Shown here: one piece after another, positions 60,869-64,000 of the stretch
Numbering within the stretch: the stretch's first letter is position 1
Layout of the letters: each line of letters starts with the position of its first letter
Source: Lobosporangium transversale
Lineage: Eukaryota
NCBI RefSeq assembly: GCF_002105155.1
Contig: NW_019029016.1
Coordinates: forward strand, 124,001 to 188,000
Length of the DNA stretch: 64,000 nt
Direction of reading: 5' to 3'
Notes under the pieces: model-generated
Seen by the model: the letters and a program-made list of their open reading frames with translations, nothing else
Databases searched by the model: none
Told to the model about the DNA's origin: nothing
Made by a program: the position numbers and the translations under genes

Positions 60869-61258
60869 GGAATCTGCTCTGGATCCACATATATGGTCCT
60901 GGCTCGATGGATAATATGTCCTTACGACAAATTTGGTAGAACATGCTCCGCATGCATCGACATTTGTTGCTGAATAGATATCATTTGCCCCAAAATAGAT
61001 CCCGCAATAAGGCTCGTGACGTGACAGCCAGGTTACCCAACTCGACCCGAAGCCTTTCTGACTAATATATAAATATAGATTAAGGTATAGATACATAAAG
61101 TAAATTGTTTGTCATTAATGAAGAGAGAGTGTTTTAATGCAATCAATGCGAAATATACAAAGTAACAGCTATTTAAACAGATCTGCAAAATTATAAAGCC
61201 TATCTCAACAAAATGGGACGTCCTTACAATGTTGGGTAAAAAAAAAATAGAATTGCTG

Positions 61259-62799
61259 TTAGATAGTCAACAGCTCATTGTCAATTCTTTGAGTATTGCC
61301 ACTACTGTCCTTCCAGCGAGCACTCATCCGCACTGTATTAAAACTCCTATCGTGCCAGAAATGCACCAAATTCACCCCTTGGTCCAGTTCCGCGTCGGTT
61401 TGCCAGTATGGGTGCTTAAAATAGTCGTCCTCACAGGTAAAATGAACAACCCAAGCTTCTTCTGCTGGGAGTAAACGTTTGTAAGTTAGCGTCTTGCTGA
61501 TATGGTCCTTAATAGAAGTTTGATTCCCTGTAGCCAAAAGCTCGATAACAACCGTAGGTTTTCCTGCTTTCTTGATGACAATGTCACTATATTTGTGGTC
61601 CTCACGCTCACGGAGGTGCCACTAGCCAATGATCTCATATTTTTTTGTTTTGTTTAGCCAGTTGGTGAGAACTCTCATCAATTCCGTGTCATAGACGCTT
61701 TCTCGAGGGACACTGGCGTTGTAGTCGCCCATAACCTTAACTGTTCTCCCCGAACTTTTGTATGATCGATCTTCCGCCTGCAAAATCAAGTCTTTATCGA
61801 AAAATCGAAGAGCAATCTTCATAATCTCTAGAATATCCAATGATCCTCCTCTTTTCTTTGGGGGTGACTCTGAAGGAGCGTTGGGATATTTTGATGGAAT
61901 AATATATCTCCTCACAAACGAGTCAATGAATGCTGAGGCCATACGGTAGTTACTGCCATCAAGTCTTATCAGCACCCCTTCTGCAGTTAGGAAGTCTGCC
62001 AATCTCTGTTGTTCCATGTCTGTGATAGATATATCGCCGAGATACCCAATAAAATCTGTTCGGAGAAGATTAACAGCATCTGTAGCTGATTCATTCAAAA
62101 GTGAATCGACCATCCTTCTGAAAGTATGGTACGAAAGCATCCTCTTATTCTGATTGTCTGTGGAGAAGTCCTGCCATGTATCGTAATCGAGACATTTCGT
62201 CGAGCCGTTGACTTTCGAGCGAAGATCCTCATGAATGGAGCGTCCACAAAGACAAATCATTCCTGGATGACTATTGACATTGAGCACAATTCATTGTATT
62301 AGAATGGCACATCAACTCGTGGAGAGTTAACTAAGCTTAAAAAACATACCCATTTGACTTCGAGTGTACGTCTCGCATCACCAAAAGTTCTCCAGAAAAC
62401 AGACTCATTATTGCGAACGTTAACTTCCTCAAATGATAGTCTAAATGAAAAATATAAGGTCAGTACCGGTACAATAGCGCATACATTGCATCCACTTTAT
62501 CCATTTTCGCGGAAGTTGGCTTACGGGAGGCAGCGATACCCAAAGTCAGTTAATTGGGTGATAAGTCGATACAACCATGTTGTTTTTCCAGAGGCACGTG
62601 CGCCTATGAGCATCACTAAATCGCGGCGAAAAACGCTCTGTAGTATTTCCTTATTTTTGTCATGGTCCGCAGGATCCACATAGTAGACTTTATTAACATC
62701 GTCGAATCTGATCGGTCCATTGACTGTCCGGAATGTAATGAGACAGACCATGGCGATTATAAATTGAGGTTCATTCTGCTTCTTTCTGCTCCAAATCAT
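61259..62799 (-). pseudogene. Crinkler-type P-loop NTPase plus restriction-endonuclease-fold protein, probably disrupted
   Basis: Walker A 'GARASGKTT' and C-terminal 'RESVYDTEL...SDIVIKK...VIELLATG...AWVVHFT...VHFWHD'. In-frame TAG at 61622. The 5' part is missing or unresolved. Confidence 0.65.
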
Positions 62800-63130
62800 A
62801 CTTTTAACCTGCTTTTTTTTTTTTTTTTTTTTTTTTTTTCATCATGTACCAGAGATATTCGAGCTCTGCCTGCTAGATCCCTGCATCTGGGTATCCCACG
62901 GGGCCAACAGAGCTTACGAGGAGGACTGTGTTCAAGATGAGTAAGGATGACCTTTCCCAGGCTTGTGAGAGTGCAGGAGGATCATTTGTGATGCGCACTC
63001 ACACGCTGGAAGAGCACGCACAGTTTTCCAAGAAGGTGCGATCTCCGCACCAAGAGAGTTCAACAAAATAAACTGGGTTGTTACAAACGTTTATGTGAAT
63101 GAATAAGCTTTTTTTATTTTCTGAAAACAA

Positions 63131-64000
63131 TTAGTCGCCATCTTGCAGTGTTAAGGACGATTCTTGCTCGTTGGATTTGATCTTCTTTTCTCTTCCATGC
63201 TCAATTGCCTCTCCACTTCTCTTGATGGAATCCAATAGCTCAATCTCGTTCTCATGAAAGTATTCGGCAATGTTGCCCTCATCTATCACCATTAGAGCCT
63301 GCCTTGAATCTGGGGGATGCATGGTCTTATTTTTATCTGACAATTTTCCAGGATACATTAACAACAAGCTAAGATACCTTTCATTCGGAGGGCAAAAGCG
63401 GTCAAAGTTGGGCAAATGGTGTACATTGATCGCGTCGCGGCTAATTGTCTCTAAGGCGTGTGCTGCTTTCATACCATCAAGCTTCTTCACGAATTTGAGC
63501 TGGACAAATACGGGGTACATCTTTTTGTTGATCTTGAGAATAAACACAATGTCTGGACCAGTGATTTCGTCCGTGGGGAAATAAAATGGAGGAATCTCTC
63601 TTTTATCAATCCTCGAATCATGGTCGAAATGGGCCTCCAAGAATTGCTCCATAGTCAAGTCACTGCAATCAGCTCCAATGCGGGATTTTTTCCATCCAAC
63701 TATGGTGGCTTCGTGATCAACCAGATCCAGAGGTGCATTTTTTGGAAACATCTTTTTCGCAAGCGTCTTGTTGTGGAAGATGTTGATCAAGCTCAAAGGA
63801 ACTTGACACTCCCAAAATTTTCCATGTATTTTGGAGTCTTTAGTGAATGTCCAAAAGGTAACTATCATGTTGTGAAATCCAGGGTCTGATTTTTGAAAGT
63901 AATTGTGGACTGCAAGAAACACAAATGGTTCGTCGATCACTGTACGATATTCTGGCGATTTTGACTTGATAAACTCCATCCTACCAAGCGCCGATTCTAC
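63131..64000 (-). CDS. C-terminal part of a Crinkler-type nuclease-fold protein (runs off the window)
   Basis: Open 282-aa frame with 'IDEPFV', 'PPFYFP...GPDIVF...PVFVQLK' (PD...QxK motif). Confidence 0.65.
   Translation of the reverse strand, partial: VESALGRMEFIKSKSPEYRTVIDEPFVFLAVHNYFQKSDPGFHNMIVTFWTFTKDSKIHGKFWECQVPLSLINIFHNKTLAKKMFPKNAPLDLVDHEATIVGWKKSRIGADCSDLTMEQFLEAHFDHDSRIDKREIPPFYFPTDEITGPDIVFILKINKKMYPVFVQLKFVKKLDGMKAAHALETISRDAINVHHLPNFDRFCPPNERYLSLLLMYPGKLSDKNKTMHPPDSRQALMVIDEGNIAEYFHENEIELLDSIKRSGEAIEHGREKKIKSNEQESSLTLQDGD

Larger units (their letters stand above)
56955..60915 (+). mobile_element. DIRS retrotransposon 3, ending at the ICR midpoint (no right ITR)
   Basis: 30-bp inverted ends 56955-56984 / 60886-60915, with gag, RT-RH-MT and YR between them. 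Confidence 0.93.

Noticed and set aside
62850..63070. TnpB/Fanzor-like zinc-finger tail
   Set aside because: Only scattered cysteines with stops; no RuvC motifs recognisable.

Overview
Eukaryotic, intron-rich, repeat-dense accessory region, most likely from an early-diverging fungus (Mortierellaceae-like, inferred from Crinkler genes, NACHT-pentapeptide-WD40 NLRs and methylase-carrying DIRS elements). It holds three DIRS tyrosine-recombinase retrotransposons: one complete with ITRs and an internal complementary region (ICR) at 50898-55203, and two that end exactly at the ICR midpoint (14167-18176, 56955-60915). It also holds two gene-less ~250-260 bp 'mini-DIRS' units (2944-3195, 15508-15768) with reconstructable recombinase-type empty sites. 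A ~24-kb palindrome has ~10.15-kb arms (4048-14195 / 18148-28304) that start at the ICR of the central DIRS; it duplicates a 5-exon GNAT gene and a putative spliced long-hairpin RNA locus. Other contents are an inverted NLR pair with different frameshifts, several Crinkler/nuclease-fold pseudogenes, a gypsy relic with a Tc1/IS630-like fragment and a decayed 28S rDNA fragment. The main candidate novelty is that the DIRS ICR appears to act as a genomic recombination site, producing mini-elements, half-elements and a large inverted duplication. All alignments were made by eye.
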